Assembly (NCBI GenBank): GCA_965205975.1
Contig: OZ242195.1
Span: forward strand, 3,872,001 to 3,936,000
DNA: 64,000 nucleotides
Origin: Candidatus Latescibacterota bacterium
Lineage (GTDB): Bacteria; Latescibacterota; UBA2968
Direction: 5' to 3'
A program made the translations under genes and the position numbers. Numbering within the stretch: the first letter of the stretch is position 1; each line of letters starts with the position of its first letter. This document shows, one piece after another, positions 30,881 through 41,753 of this stretch. The notes beneath the pieces were generated by a model. It saw nothing but the letters and a program-made list of their open reading frames with translations. It was not told the DNA's origin and did no database searches.

Positions 30881-32923
30881 CTATTTCAACAACAGCATCT
30901 TCTGGATCGCGGTATTTGGACCCGCTTTGATCTTGGCAATATAAACGCCACTACCAACACTGCGGCCCATAAAGTCCTTCGCATCCCACTGGACGCTATA
31001 GCGACCCGCTGTATAATGCTGACTCACGAGATGACGAATCTCCTGCCCAATCGCATCGTAAATGATAATTGACACATCTGCGTCAGCGGGCAAATCGTAG
31101 GAAATCGTCGTTCTCGGATTAAACGGATTGGGATAAACAGCCGACGCAAATTCTGTGGGCAGAATGAAACGCGCGCCCAACAGCACCTCAATCGGATTCG
31201 ACAGATTAACCGTCCCATCCAGATCAACCTGCTCGAGAACATAATAAACGATCTCAGCAGCCGGAAGGCTCGTATCCTCAAACATATAATCCATCAACTG
31301 ATCGGTCGTACCGGCACCCGCGATAAGCTCGCTGACCACCTCGTAGGTCTCTCCATCCGTACTGCGAAGCACGCGGAAACCCGCATTATTGGTCTGCGAA
31401 GCCGTCGCCCAATTGAGCACCACGCGGTTTTCGACCACGGATCCGACAAACGACGACAACTCAATCGGCACCTGCTCGTCAAACTGAACCGTCACCTCCT
31501 GAGAAGCCATGCCATCGGAAGCCGTCACCTTCACAACAGCCGAACCGAGACCTGTCGCAGTCAAAACATAGACATTCTGCATATCCATTTCCGGGTGGCC
31601 ATCAATCATAGCCGCGCCTTCTACAGTATGCGCAAAAGTAATCTTCGCACCCTCGGCAAAACCCAGAGCTGTAATTTTAATCGTCGCAGAATCACCGCGC
31701 GGAATCGTCGCAATATGCGCAGACACCTCCAGCCGCGGACCGAAATTATACATCACCGGTGCGGGATTCATCAGCATAGTCTCTTCGCCAGAACCGAGAA
31801 CTGCTCTAAACGACTCGACAGAAACCGTAAACGGCACAGCCTCTTCACCCGTCGTCAGCTTCAGCGTGCCCAAAAAACCACCATTGGACAGCATCACAGC
31901 TTCTTCGGAACCGACATCGATCTGATTACCGGAAATACCCAACAGCGTCATACCCTCAGCAGGGTCAAAACCCGTAATCATCGCCGCAGAAGCCGGATCA
32001 ATGACAAAAACGATACTCGCACCGCCGAGACCGCCATCTACATCACCTGCAAACACCTCAATAGCGATCTCTTGATTGGCATCGGCACTGCCCGCGAGCA
32101 TGCCATCATCCATCATATTCATCATGTCCATGCCTGCGATATCCAGCGCGGGAATCCGCATCTCGACAAACTTAATCTCAACCGGATCGGTCGAAGCCAT
32201 ACCATCACTCGCCGTCACCGTTGCCGTTGCCGGACCACTCGCCGTCAGTGTCAACGTGGCACCTTCTTGAGCATGCATAATATTATCGAGCATCATACCC
32301 TGCACATCAAACGCAATCGTCGCATCGGCGGGGAAATTCACAGCCGTCACCGTCGCCGTGCCCGTGCCACCTGGCGGCACCGGAACCGTAGTCGCACTTG
32401 CATCCAACCTGGGAACAGCATTGAAAGACAAGGGCGCCATCATCGCCGTGGTAATATTATCCGTATCTGTAGGATTGGCAGCACCGGCCAGATTCATAAT
32501 ACTGACACCAACGGTAAATTCGGTACTCGCCATCAAACCCTCTACGGGCGACAGCGTAACAGTCCCGAAATAATCGTTGGTCAAAGTACCAGAAGGAACA
32601 GCACCAAAAGAAACGGTACTCGCCGTTGTACCCAGCGCAAAAAATCCCGTAGCAGGAGCCGCGCTTGTGACCGTCAGCTTATCCGTATCAAAAGTCACCA
32701 CACCACCGACAATGGGACCTGCCAGCCCGGTAATAAATATTTCAACGACAACATCGGTACCCGCAACAGCAGTACCCGATGTATTGCCATCATTCATCTT
32801 ATTGTCACTGGCATCAATGTCAACTGCCACAACAGCATTTGCATTGGGACCCGCAGAAGCTTGCCCCACAAAAGCCAGCAACATAAGAGCAGTAAAAAAT
32901 AACAATCCTTTTTTCAAAAACAT
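30881..32923 (-). CDS. Secreted acidic Ig/cohesin-like protein with FlgD-Ig/T9SS-A-like C-terminal domain (680 aa)
   Basis: Signal peptide MFLKKG...ASA; VPIELSSF..VVLNWATAS; YPNPFNP...SGVYI..KMLLLK. Confidence 0.8.
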   Translation of the reverse strand: MFLKKGLLFFTALMLLAFVGQASAGPNANAVVAVDIDASDNKMNDGNTSGTAVAGTDVVVEIFITGLAGPIVGGVVTFDTDKLTVTSAAPATGFFALGTTASTVSFGAVPSGTLTNDYFGTVTLSPVEGLMASTEFTVGVSIMNLAGAANPTDTDNITTAMMAPLSFNAVPRLDASATTVPVPPGGTGTATVTAVNFPADATIAFDVQGMMLDNIMHAQEGATLTLTASGPATATVTASDGMASTDPVEIKFVEMRIPALDIAGMDMMNMMDDGMLAGSADANQEIAIEVFAGDVDGGLGGASIVFVIDPASAAMITGFDPAEGMTLLGISGNQIDVGSEEAVMLSNGGFLGTLKLTTGEEAVPFTVSVESFRAVLGSGEETMLMNPAPVMYNFGPRLEVSAHIATIPRGDSATIKITALGFAEGAKITFAHTVEGAAMIDGHPEMDMQNVYVLTATGLGSAVVKVTASDGMASQEVTVQFDEQVPIELSSFVGSVVENRVVLNWATASQTNNAGFRVLRSTDGETYEVVSELIAGAGTTDQLMDYMFEDTSLPAAEIVYYVLEQVDLDGTVNLSNPIEVLLGARFILPTEFASAVYPNPFNPRTTISYDLPADADVSIIIYDAIGQEIRHLVSQHYTAGRYSVQWDAKDFMGRSVGSGVYIAKIKAGPNTAIQKMLLLK

Positions 32924-33013
32924 TTGCAAAACTCCTTCGCTGAAAACTACTCCTTGTAAGTTCTGAGGGGAAATAGGTAGGGGCGAAAGATTTTTCACCC
33001 CTACCAAAACGAA

Positions 33014-36000
33014 TTACTTGAGCAGCATCAGCTTCCGCACATCCTGGAACTTCCCTGCCGAAATCTGGTAGAAATAAATTCCACTCGAAACCGGCATCCC
33101 ACGATCATCCATACCGTCCCAACGGACCTGATATCGACCGACCGACTGCGGTTCAGCAACCATAAGTGTCCGAACCACCTGACCCACCACATTGTAAATC
33201 TGGAGCGTCACATCGGCAGACTCGGCCAATTCATAACCGATCGTTGTTTCGGGGTTAAACGGATTGGGGAAATTCTGGAGCAGTGCAAACTCTGTAGGCG
33301 TCGTCTGAATATCCAGCACACTGCCAGCCAGTGGATTGGCGAGTTGGCTCGGATCGAAAACCAGACCATTGGCAATCTCGAATCGCGCATTATCTTCAAA
33401 ATCGCGCAACACGCGGAACACCAACCGAACGATATCGCCATCACCAGAAACCTCTGAGCCATTCACGATCGCATTCATAACGTGAACCTGCCCGGCCTCA
33501 GGCGACCAACCCCTCAACAGCGGGGTCTCGCCACCTGTTGACGTCAGCAAATCCTCAGTAGCTGGCACAGCTTCTACAAACTCGAACGTCTCAGCGTCGT
33601 AGTGCAGCACAAACCCATAACCCATCAGAGCCTGTACATTGGCCAGAGACACATCCACAAACATCGTCTCGCCAGCCACCACGCGATCACTGCCCAAACG
33701 CAACGACAACTCGGCAGCCTCATTCACGCCAAGAACAGGCGTAACCAGAGACTTACCAGCCGGACCTGTCGCCTCTTTGCCATAAGAGCCAAAGAACAGA
33801 ATGAAGTCATCGAAATTAACCACAGCATCGTCATTCAGATCAGCCTGAATAAAGACTCGCCATTCCTCGCGCGTCGAGGTGGCCTCACTTGTATTAAACG
33901 CCATCGTAAAGGCCACAAAATCTTCAAAGTCAACCAACAGCGGCGTCATAGCCCCGTACCTATCGAGCTTCACGACAAAAACGGGATTGCCATCGGCATC
34001 CGCAAACAGCTTGCGCTTCGGTGCAAGTTCAACCACCAGAGGCGGTACAATCGACGTCATGTTGGTGCCGTCCATCACAACCACATCTATCAGCACCGCA
34101 GGCACGCCCTGATCAATCAGAGACTCAATCAAAACCTGGGGAACCGTTAAACTGGTCGAACCAGGAGGAAGAACCCCTCCAACCACTGCGGTAACATCAA
34201 TCGGCGGTGCTTCTGAACCGACGACACTGGCCATAACCCTGTAGCCCGTCACATGCGGAACCATAATCGCGTGACCGCGATACATCACAGCATCCATACC
34301 GCCATCATCTGCGGACGCCGTCCAGGTAATAACCCCGGTATCCGGATCAGCAGCAACATCGGTCACAGCAGCAGGAGCCGTATCATCTACTGCACCCGCC
34401 ATACCACCATCGTTTGCCACGACAATTGGAGACGAAACAATGGGACCAAGATGACCATCTGTGCGGATATTCTGCGGAACAGCCAAATCGCCACCAATGA
34501 GAACACTCAAATCGGGATCCAGAGCCGCAAACACCACATTCTTCCTGCCGCCAGTAAGCGAATTAATATAATCAGCAGAAGGCATCAACATCTCGCTGAG
34601 CGCATTCTCGGTCACAACCAGATTGGGATCAACACCCAAAAGCTGAACGATCGCCTGCACGCTCTCTTTGGAGAACACGCGCTTGCCAGCAGGCGTAATC
34701 ACTTCCTCGCTCGACTCCTGGCCCGATTCCGCTGCAACGCCCCAGCGCGTCGCGTTGTTATCCGTCACCGGAACAACCGCGCGCGTAATACCCGCTTCAT
34801 CATTGTCCATCGCGTCAACAACAGCCCAGGACATCCACGTTGCAACCGGCGTATCGGTCGTCACCACATTGCCATCGGCATCCAGCGCGGTATTCACCAT
34901 CATCTCGCGATAAATGCGATACTGACTCACATCCGCGTGATTTGCCGAATTGGCAAAACTAACCATCACATAATGACCGTTATCGCCTTCATTATCCTGC
35001 ACAACCACACTGCTGGGTGCAGCGGGCAGTGCCTGCTCGAACGCAACCTCAACCGCAGACGTCGTAACGCCCGCGCCAGAAGCCGTCACAGAAACAGAAA
35101 CCGTACCCGTAGCAGTCAGTGTCAGCACATTGCCATCTGCCGACGTCGTAAGATTGGGATGGCTCGCCGGATCGACATTAAACGTAATATCGGCACCTTC
35201 GGGGAAACCCGCCGCAACGACCATTGCCATTGCACTGGGAACCTCAGCTTGCGGAACCATGACAACATCAGGCGCATCTGAACCAACAGTGGGCATCGCC
35301 CGGAACAGAATACTAATCGCCTCAGTCGTATCATCAGCATCAGAAGCCGTCACCGTCACCGTAGCAGACCCCATACCGCTCCCCGTAATCGTCACCATAT
35401 CACCATCGGTATCGGCGTTAATCGTAGCGGTACCGGAAGAGCTAATCGCATAAGTAATCGCACCTTCCAGACCCGTTGCAGAAACCGTCACCGACTTCTC
35501 TCCACCCTCGGGAATAATAACATCATCTTCACTCGCCGTCAGGTAAGGATCGGGATCCGTAAACGTAAGCGTAAGCGAAGCAGAAGACGTACCATCGGTC
35601 GCCGTCACCGTCACCGTGCCAGCCGAAGCCGTCGTAATCGTCAAATTGGCACCATCTTCCATCGACGTAAAATCGGCAGTCGCTTCATAAGAATAGTCAA
35701 TCTCGGCACCTTCTTCAAAATTCATAGCCGTAATCGACACCGAAGCCTCGGTACCAAAATCTTCAAACGTAATCGCGGTCTCTCCATCAGCAGTCACCAA
35801 CTCCGGCACGGGACCACCGCTAACCACCACAGCATCGCCAGCAGCAGCGGCAACTCTCATCCCACCCGATGTAAACACAGTAACCGAAGCACTAATGGAA
35901 ACCTCCGACCCATCGTAAGCAGGGCCCAGAGTCAACACCACAGTGCCATAACTGCCGTCTGTCAACGTCGTTGGCGCGCCAATAAGCGTAAGGCTCATAC

Positions 36001-36700
36001 CGACAATACCGTCTGGAGACACGACCAAACCGCCAGCAGGATCGCCACCAGTGATCGCCGCCACAGCGGGATCAACCGCAATGCTAATCTCGGCACCAAC
36101 TGTTGCAGCCTCCAACCCATCAACAGCGACATTGACAACAATATTATCACCTGCAGCAACAGGTCCCTCGCCGTCACGCGTCAGAGAAACGGACAAATTA
36201 TCATAAGACGGCGTCATACCAGTGCCGCCATTACCATTGCCATCACCATTGCCACCAGTCCCACCTTCATTAAACACAAGTGCTCCGGGAAGTGGAACAG
36301 TAATAGCAACATCATTGAGTTTAATTGACGCAATGCCAATAGAAAATTCCACATCCGTTACATCTGAGGCTGTGGTAAAGGTAAAAGACGCACTTGCGGG
36401 CACTGCTGTCGCCTGAATGGCAACCAGGCTTCCACTATTACCAGAAACAAGGCCAGTAAAGTCATCAGCAGAAGCGGCAGTCAATGTTACAGAATTATCA
36501 ACAGCGAACTCAACCGCTATGGCATTCACGGATGCGGTAAGACCCATCTGGGACACAACAACCGTAATTTCCGTGCCCGATCCTGAAACCGTGGTGGAGC
36601 CATCCCCACCAACAGCGAGCGACACCTGCGCAGAAGCCTGCCCTGCAAACATCAGCAATGCCAAAGCAGTCGTAAACAAAAGACTTTTTTTCAAAAACAT
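33014..36700 (-). CDS. Large secreted protein (1228 aa): Ig-like repeats, dockerin-like, cohesin-like and FlgD/T9SS-like CTD
   Basis: Signal peptide; VDFEDFVAF...ADLNDDAVVNFDDF; GYGFVLHYD; NFPNPFNPET...RKLMLLK. Confidence 0.82.
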   Translation of the reverse strand: MFLKKSLLFTTALALLMFAGQASAQVSLAVGGDGSTTVSGSGTEITVVVSQMGLTASVNAIAVEFAVDNSVTLTAASADDFTGLVSGNSGSLVAIQATAVPASASFTFTTASDVTDVEFSIGIASIKLNDVAITVPLPGALVFNEGGTGGNGDGNGNGGTGMTPSYDNLSVSLTRDGEGPVAAGDNIVVNVAVDGLEAATVGAEISIAVDPAVAAITGGDPAGGLVVSPDGIVGMSLTLIGAPTTLTDGSYGTVVLTLGPAYDGSEVSISASVTVFTSGGMRVAAAAGDAVVVSGGPVPELVTADGETAITFEDFGTEASVSITAMNFEEGAEIDYSYEATADFTSMEDGANLTITTASAGTVTVTATDGTSSASLTLTFTDPDPYLTASEDDVIIPEGGEKSVTVSATGLEGAITYAISSSGTATINADTDGDMVTITGSGMGSATVTVTASDADDTTEAISILFRAMPTVGSDAPDVVMVPQAEVPSAMAMVVAAGFPEGADITFNVDPASHPNLTTSADGNVLTLTATGTVSVSVTASGAGVTTSAVEVAFEQALPAAPSSVVVQDNEGDNGHYVMVSFANSANHADVSQYRIYREMMVNTALDADGNVVTTDTPVATWMSWAVVDAMDNDEAGITRAVVPVTDNNATRWGVAAESGQESSEEVITPAGKRVFSKESVQAIVQLLGVDPNLVVTENALSEMLMPSADYINSLTGGRKNVVFAALDPDLSVLIGGDLAVPQNIRTDGHLGPIVSSPIVVANDGGMAGAVDDTAPAAVTDVAADPDTGVITWTASADDGGMDAVMYRGHAIMVPHVTGYRVMASVVGSEAPPIDVTAVVGGVLPPGSTSLTVPQVLIESLIDQGVPAVLIDVVVMDGTNMTSIVPPLVVELAPKRKLFADADGNPVFVVKLDRYGAMTPLLVDFEDFVAFTMAFNTSEATSTREEWRVFIQADLNDDAVVNFDDFILFFGSYGKEATGPAGKSLVTPVLGVNEAAELSLRLGSDRVVAGETMFVDVSLANVQALMGYGFVLHYDAETFEFVEAVPATEDLLTSTGGETPLLRGWSPEAGQVHVMNAIVNGSEVSGDGDIVRLVFRVLRDFEDNARFEIANGLVFDPSQLANPLAGSVLDIQTTPTEFALLQNFPNPFNPETTIGYELAESADVTLQIYNVVGQVVRTLMVAEPQSVGRYQVRWDGMDDRGMPVSSGIYFYQISAGKFQDVRKLMLLK

Positions 36701-36720
36701 TACAAACTCCTCTATTGAAA

Positions 36721-36763
36721 ATGGAATCGGGAAGCCTCACATTTGGGAAACTTCCCGATCCAT
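36721..36763. terminator. Intergenic stem-loop (terminator or mRNA stabiliser) between the 1470-aa and 1228-aa genes
   Basis: ATGGAATCGGGAAG ... CTTCCCGATCCAT inverted repeat. Confidence 0.6.
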
Positions 36764-36770
36764 CGGCGAA

Positions 36771-39700
36771 TTACTTGAGCAGCATCAGCTTCCGCACATC
36801 GCTGAACTTTCCGTCTGCCGCAATCTGGTAGAAGTAAATTCCACTCGAAACCGGCACACCGCGCTCATCCATACCATTCCAGCGGATCTGATAGCGACCC
36901 GCATTCTGTGCCTCAGAAGCGACCAGCGTCCGAACCACCTGACCCAACACATTGTAAATCTGGAGCGTCACGTCAGCGGACTCGGCCAAATCGTACTTAA
37001 TGGTCGTATCCGGGTTAAATGGATTGGGGAAGTTCTGGTGCAAAGCGAACTCTCTGGGTGTGCTCTGGAGTTCCAACACACCCGCGACCACCGCCGGGTT
37101 CTGCAACTGACTCGGGTCAAAGACCAGACCGTTGGCAATCTCAAACCGGGCGTTATCCTCGAACTCATACAACACGCGGAACACAAACCGGACAATGTCG
37201 CCACCGCCGGAAACCGCTGTACCATTATACATACCCGTGGCAACTTCAACCTGACCGTCGCCCGCGATGTGATGGAACAACGTCTCGCCACCTGTTGACG
37301 TGAGCAAATCCTCATCGGCCTGAGCAACACTCACGAACTCGAACTTCGCAGCATCGTAATTGAGCGTGAACCCATAACCGATCACAGATGCGACATTGGC
37401 AAGCGATACATCGACAGCCACCAACTCGCCAGCAACCACGCGCTCGCTACCCAGACTCAGTGAGAACTCAGCATTCTCGTTTACGCCGGGAGCCAGAACG
37501 ATAGGCTTAGACGCCGGACCATCAATTGTCCTGCCCCAAGAAGTAATAAACAGGAGGAAGTCAGCCACATCAACCGTGTCATCATCGTTGATATCAGCCT
37601 GAGGATTGTAATTCGCATCACCAGGACTGCTACCCCACGCAGCAACAAGGGCAAGGAAGTCATCCACGCCAACCGTGCCAGAAGACTTGGCAATCAGATA
37701 AACGGGATCGCCATTTGCATCGACATAACTGCGACGACCCATTTGCTCTTCATGGACAATATCAAGACTCGTCGAATACTGACCACTCGTAGCCGTCACC
37801 GACACAGTGCCTGACCCGGTCAGGGTAATAGACTGTGTAGCATAGCCACTGGCATCTGCTGTCGCTTCTGTCTCATCACCGTCAACGTTAAAGGTAACCG
37901 TATCGCCCTCGTCCAGACCTTCTGCACGAGCCGTTACCTCTACCTCGCCACCAGCGGGAATCGTGACAGTTTCACCAGCCTGATCCCCATCCATACCGGG
38001 AACCCAGAGCGTAATGGAAAGATCCAGAGGCGCGCTAATGGTAAAACTCTCAGTAGCTTTGATATCCCTACTCCGCATATCAGCATCGTCTAAGGACGCA
38101 TTCGCGACCAAGACCTGAACCGCCACACTCTTCTTGTTATCAGGTGCTACGAGTTCAAACGTCTCACCTGCCAACGGAATCGGCCATTCAAATAGAGAAG
38201 GCAGATCATCAAGCGCGGGATTGGAACGGAACGTAACGTCAACATCATCATATTTGAGGACTTTCGCCGTAATGGCAGCGGCCGTTTTGACGACATTTGC
38301 ATCCAACAGATTCAAGGTGTCTGCAACATTGGCTGGAGCCTGCTTAAAAGCCTTCAAAGAGGGGTTGCCATACTTATCAGTCGGAACCACTCGGAGAGTG
38401 AAATCACCCCAGACCGATGTCGCAGCGCCTACTACGCCTTCTTCCCAAGCAGTTATTTCAAAGTCGGCGAAGTCAGCGGCGTCAACAGTAATATCTACTG
38501 ACTCGGTAATGGTCGCAACACCGTCAGCGCCCATTTCTGTCACAGCAACCGTGAAAGTACCTGCCTTTTCTGATATCACCACGATACCCTCGAACACGCC
38601 TGCAGTCCAGGTATCGCCATTCAGCGTAGCAGAACCGTCTCCATTATCCGTGACACCCGTGCCTCCGAAAGATACCTCGGACACCATGTTACCATCGGAA
38701 TCCGTAGCGGAGACCATCACACCGTCTGCAGAGTAGGTAACAGCCGTCTTTTTCAATGTTGCGTCACGCGCCGTAACTTCCAAATGCAACGCCTGACCAG
38801 CAATCACAGCAGGCTTATTCTTATTTCCGCCACCAGTGGTAGTGGTAACAAGCACAAACTGATCAGCCGAAGGATTAACGATATTGTTGTCAAACGTCAA
38901 ACCTAATTGCCTGCCACTGGTACCTACATAACCAGCCTTGTCTCGAACATAGACTTGCAGATCATATACGTCGTCCTGCTGAAGCATTTCGTCTCCGAGG
39001 AACGAGATCCTGATATTCTGTCCCACCGTGGACTTCTGAGCAGCAGTACCCGCTACTTCGAGAATACCATCACTACCCTCGTAGCGAACCAAAATCGAAT
39101 CCGCTGCTTCGCTAATACGGAAAACCGGATGCTGTGTCCCGCCGCCAATCTTATTATCGGACAGGTCATCAGTATTGGGGAACAATCTCGAAACTGTGGG
39201 TGCCAGGTTGTCGAAAATTGCTTGTCCGGCATTTCCAGATGTACCTTTTTTAGGCGAGACCGTCCCCAGGTTACCAACCTCGTCTCTTACACCAATTTTG
39301 AGATTGGCTGCTGCACCCTTATTATACTTCTTCAGCACTCCTGGGTGTTGAGTGGCCTTGAGAGTAGCATTTCCCTTCCGATGCGTAAGCGCTCCCAAGT
39401 CCGCCTGCAAACCTGCATCGTCCGCAGAAAAATCAATATCTTCCAATATAAGGCTATCTGCGCCAATGACGATGAACGATTCATGGTTTGTAGCTTCATC
39501 AGAACTGAAGTTCAGCGGGTTGAGATCAAGGTCCACATCATCACCTTCTCCGATAAATGAGTAGAGTTGCGTCGATAGTGATGTGTAGTGCTTATGAGAA
39601 CTATCGGGATGCGCGATCGTAATTTTCGGCGGCTTGGAATCCAGCGTAAATACCGCAGACAATCCGCCGTCGGCAACATCTGCATCCAATTCAGTCTGGG

Positions 39701-41183
39701 TATATTGATCGCCTTTGTTACCAGCTTTATCCGTCACCTGTGCCCGCGCACGCACCATCATATTATCGGCTTCAAGCAGATCATTCTTCTTAACTTTATC
39801 AGCCGCATAAGCTGTGGTAGCTTTGCGCTTAAACTGGTTCGCCGACACTGTGAACTTATGGCTCACTTCACCGCCAGCATCCAATATTTCTCTAGCCATA
39901 AACGTCTTAGAAAACCCAACCAGAGGTGCATCTGCAGCGACGACCGGTACTTCATCACCACTGCCCATTTGATCAGGAGTTGGATCCCTCACATCTTCTC
40001 CCGTATCGATGATTTCAACCAGCACGCTGGTATCGTTGAAAATACCATTGATGGTCACGCTCAACGTAATCTGGTCCTTGATGCCAGCTGTTGTTGTCCC
40101 ACCAACACCATTTTTGTTAGCAATTTTATGCGTCAAGGCACTAACAACATCGCCACCAGGTGCAACGCGGTCAATTTTTATCAGCCTTCCATCACCGACC
40201 ACATCATCAAAAGCCGAATGAATCTTTGTTTCGGTGTCCCGGCTCTCAATCTGGTTATTTGCACTAAGATCACCGCTGGTCAATGTAGCAACAGCATACA
40301 CCTTGGACAAATCCGCATCCGTGCCAGCAGTTCCCGGTGGTATTGTAAGCACGAACTCAAGCGTGTCATAGTGGCCCGTTCGGGATCTCTCTGTATAGAA
40401 TGCCTGAGTGCCTGCACCGCCGGCGTCTGCTTCCAGGGTATCCTTTTTTACATCTTCCAGACCCAAACTGCTGAGTTGATTGTTTGTGCCCTGTGAAATT
40501 GTCATGGAATAGTATGCCGTAGCAGAGGCAGGGCGTTTACTACCAGTAGTTGCATCTACATTATCACCATCCTGAGACTCATCAAACAACCCAACCGAAA
40601 TCGAAGAAAAGTTACCCCAGGGGAAGGACGGGCCCTGTCTGCGAAGCAACCGAACCTTAACCTTGCCTTCGATTCCCGTCCACTCCTTAGATGGTGGCAC
40701 GATTTCAACGCGGAATCCCGAAACAGAATTAGCGGCGGGCGTGCCAACAGCCACCGCGTTATCGTTTATTTCAAGGGTAGCAGTCTGACTCTCGAAATTA
40801 GGTGCAGAAGCCGTCACTGTGACTGTTATATCTTGATCATCTTTATCCTGTGTGATACCCGCGAAAACCAGTACACCATCTGTTGAGGTACCAGTTACAT
40901 TGCCCGAAGTAACCGGCACTTCGACATCAACGGAGGGCCTGCCATCATAGGCACCTCGCATAGATGGCGCAGTTACTCTCACAGTAACCGTCGTGTCATT
41001 GTCAGGAGCGGTTTCGAAAGTCACATTCACGGACGCTGTCACTGTCGAGCTTGCGACATTATCCTGTATAGTAGTCGGATTAAGCGTAAGCGTGATTGTG
41101 TTTTGTGCAAAACTATCTGGCACTCCGATGCCCACCATGAGCAAAAGAGCCGCCAAAAAGCCAATTGTTTTGTGAAAATTCAT
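36771..41183 (-). CDS. Large secreted, possibly S-layer, protein (1470 aa): beta-rich body, dockerin-like, cohesin-like and FlgD/T9SS-like CTD
   Basis: Signal peptide; AGGAGG SD; VGVDDFLAL...ADINDDDTVDVADF; GYGFTLNYD; NFPNPFNPDT...RKLMLLK. Confidence 0.82.
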   Translation of the reverse strand: MNFHKTIGFLAALLLMVGIGVPDSFAQNTITLTLNPTTIQDNVASSTVTASVNVTFETAPDNDTTVTVRVTAPSMRGAYDGRPSVDVEVPVTSGNVTGTSTDGVLVFAGITQDKDDQDITVTVTASAPNFESQTATLEINDNAVAVGTPAANSVSGFRVEIVPPSKEWTGIEGKVKVRLLRRQGPSFPWGNFSSISVGLFDESQDGDNVDATTGSKRPASATAYYSMTISQGTNNQLSSLGLEDVKKDTLEADAGGAGTQAFYTERSRTGHYDTLEFVLTIPPGTAGTDADLSKVYAVATLTSGDLSANNQIESRDTETKIHSAFDDVVGDGRLIKIDRVAPGGDVVSALTHKIANKNGVGGTTTAGIKDQITLSVTINGIFNDTSVLVEIIDTGEDVRDPTPDQMGSGDEVPVVAADAPLVGFSKTFMAREILDAGGEVSHKFTVSANQFKRKATTAYAADKVKKNDLLEADNMMVRARAQVTDKAGNKGDQYTQTELDADVADGGLSAVFTLDSKPPKITIAHPDSSHKHYTSLSTQLYSFIGEGDDVDLDLNPLNFSSDEATNHESFIVIGADSLILEDIDFSADDAGLQADLGALTHRKGNATLKATQHPGVLKKYNKGAAANLKIGVRDEVGNLGTVSPKKGTSGNAGQAIFDNLAPTVSRLFPNTDDLSDNKIGGGTQHPVFRISEAADSILVRYEGSDGILEVAGTAAQKSTVGQNIRISFLGDEMLQQDDVYDLQVYVRDKAGYVGTSGRQLGLTFDNNIVNPSADQFVLVTTTTGGGNKNKPAVIAGQALHLEVTARDATLKKTAVTYSADGVMVSATDSDGNMVSEVSFGGTGVTDNGDGSATLNGDTWTAGVFEGIVVISEKAGTFTVAVTEMGADGVATITESVDITVDAADFADFEITAWEEGVVGAATSVWGDFTLRVVPTDKYGNPSLKAFKQAPANVADTLNLLDANVVKTAAAITAKVLKYDDVDVTFRSNPALDDLPSLFEWPIPLAGETFELVAPDNKKSVAVQVLVANASLDDADMRSRDIKATESFTISAPLDLSITLWVPGMDGDQAGETVTIPAGGEVEVTARAEGLDEGDTVTFNVDGDETEATADASGYATQSITLTGSGTVSVTATSGQYSTSLDIVHEEQMGRRSYVDANGDPVYLIAKSSGTVGVDDFLALVAAWGSSPGDANYNPQADINDDDTVDVADFLLFITSWGRTIDGPASKPIVLAPGVNENAEFSLSLGSERVVAGELVAVDVSLANVASVIGYGFTLNYDAAKFEFVSVAQADEDLLTSTGGETLFHHIAGDGQVEVATGMYNGTAVSGGGDIVRFVFRVLYEFEDNARFEIANGLVFDPSQLQNPAVVAGVLELQSTPREFALHQNFPNPFNPDTTIKYDLAESADVTLQIYNVLGQVVRTLVASEAQNAGRYQIRWNGMDERGVPVSSGIYFYQIAADGKFSDVRKLMLLK

Positions 41184-41753
41184 CCTATCGACCTCCTAAA
41201 AAAAAGTCAGGATCGAGTAAATGATTGTTTACGAACGTTTTGATTCTACTGCGAAACTGCATCATCTCGCGCTGTCCATCGCGCTGTTTAAGACCGGACC
41301 CCAGAACAGGGTGAGAGCCGCGACCTTTGCGACACAGCGGAGAAGTTGATCGGGTTTCAAACCCGACCCTACGAAAATCCAAATTTATATCCCTCCCTTC
41401 AACAGACTTGTTTTCATTTCTTTTAATTCCTTTCAATACAACAAGTTACGAACAACTATGAATTAACCATTTTATTCAAGTACCTCCTTCCAAAAACAGC
41501 CTAACACACACCAATGCAACATCCTCACAATGGCGTTAAGGAGTAATGCGTTAGGAAAAATCAACACCCTTTCTGTTTTGTTTGATGTTTGATTCATGGG
41601 AACTGCTCCACCTTAAATATATGACGGGCTAATTATATGCAATCAAAATGGTAGTGTCAAGCGTTTTTTCTTCGGTAATGATATGATAATAAAAAAGAAA
41701 CGCAAAGGCAATCAGAAACGGTGTACAACTGGTCGATTCCCAGACCAGTTCAT

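Noticed and set aside
30901..30912. Extra family-B copy (TCTGGATCGCGG)
   Set aside because: Half-site only, inside coding sequence (AIQK), with no partner arm; probably chance
33014..37700. DGR template/variable repeat between the similar 3' ends of the two large genes
   Set aside because: Differences are not adenine-specific, both copies are coding paralog ends, and no reverse transcriptase is present
41260..41345. c-di-GMP-I riboswitch-like GCAAA motif in the surface-gene leader
   Set aside because: I could not identify the P1/P2 tetraloop-receptor architecture by eye; an Infernal scan would be needed
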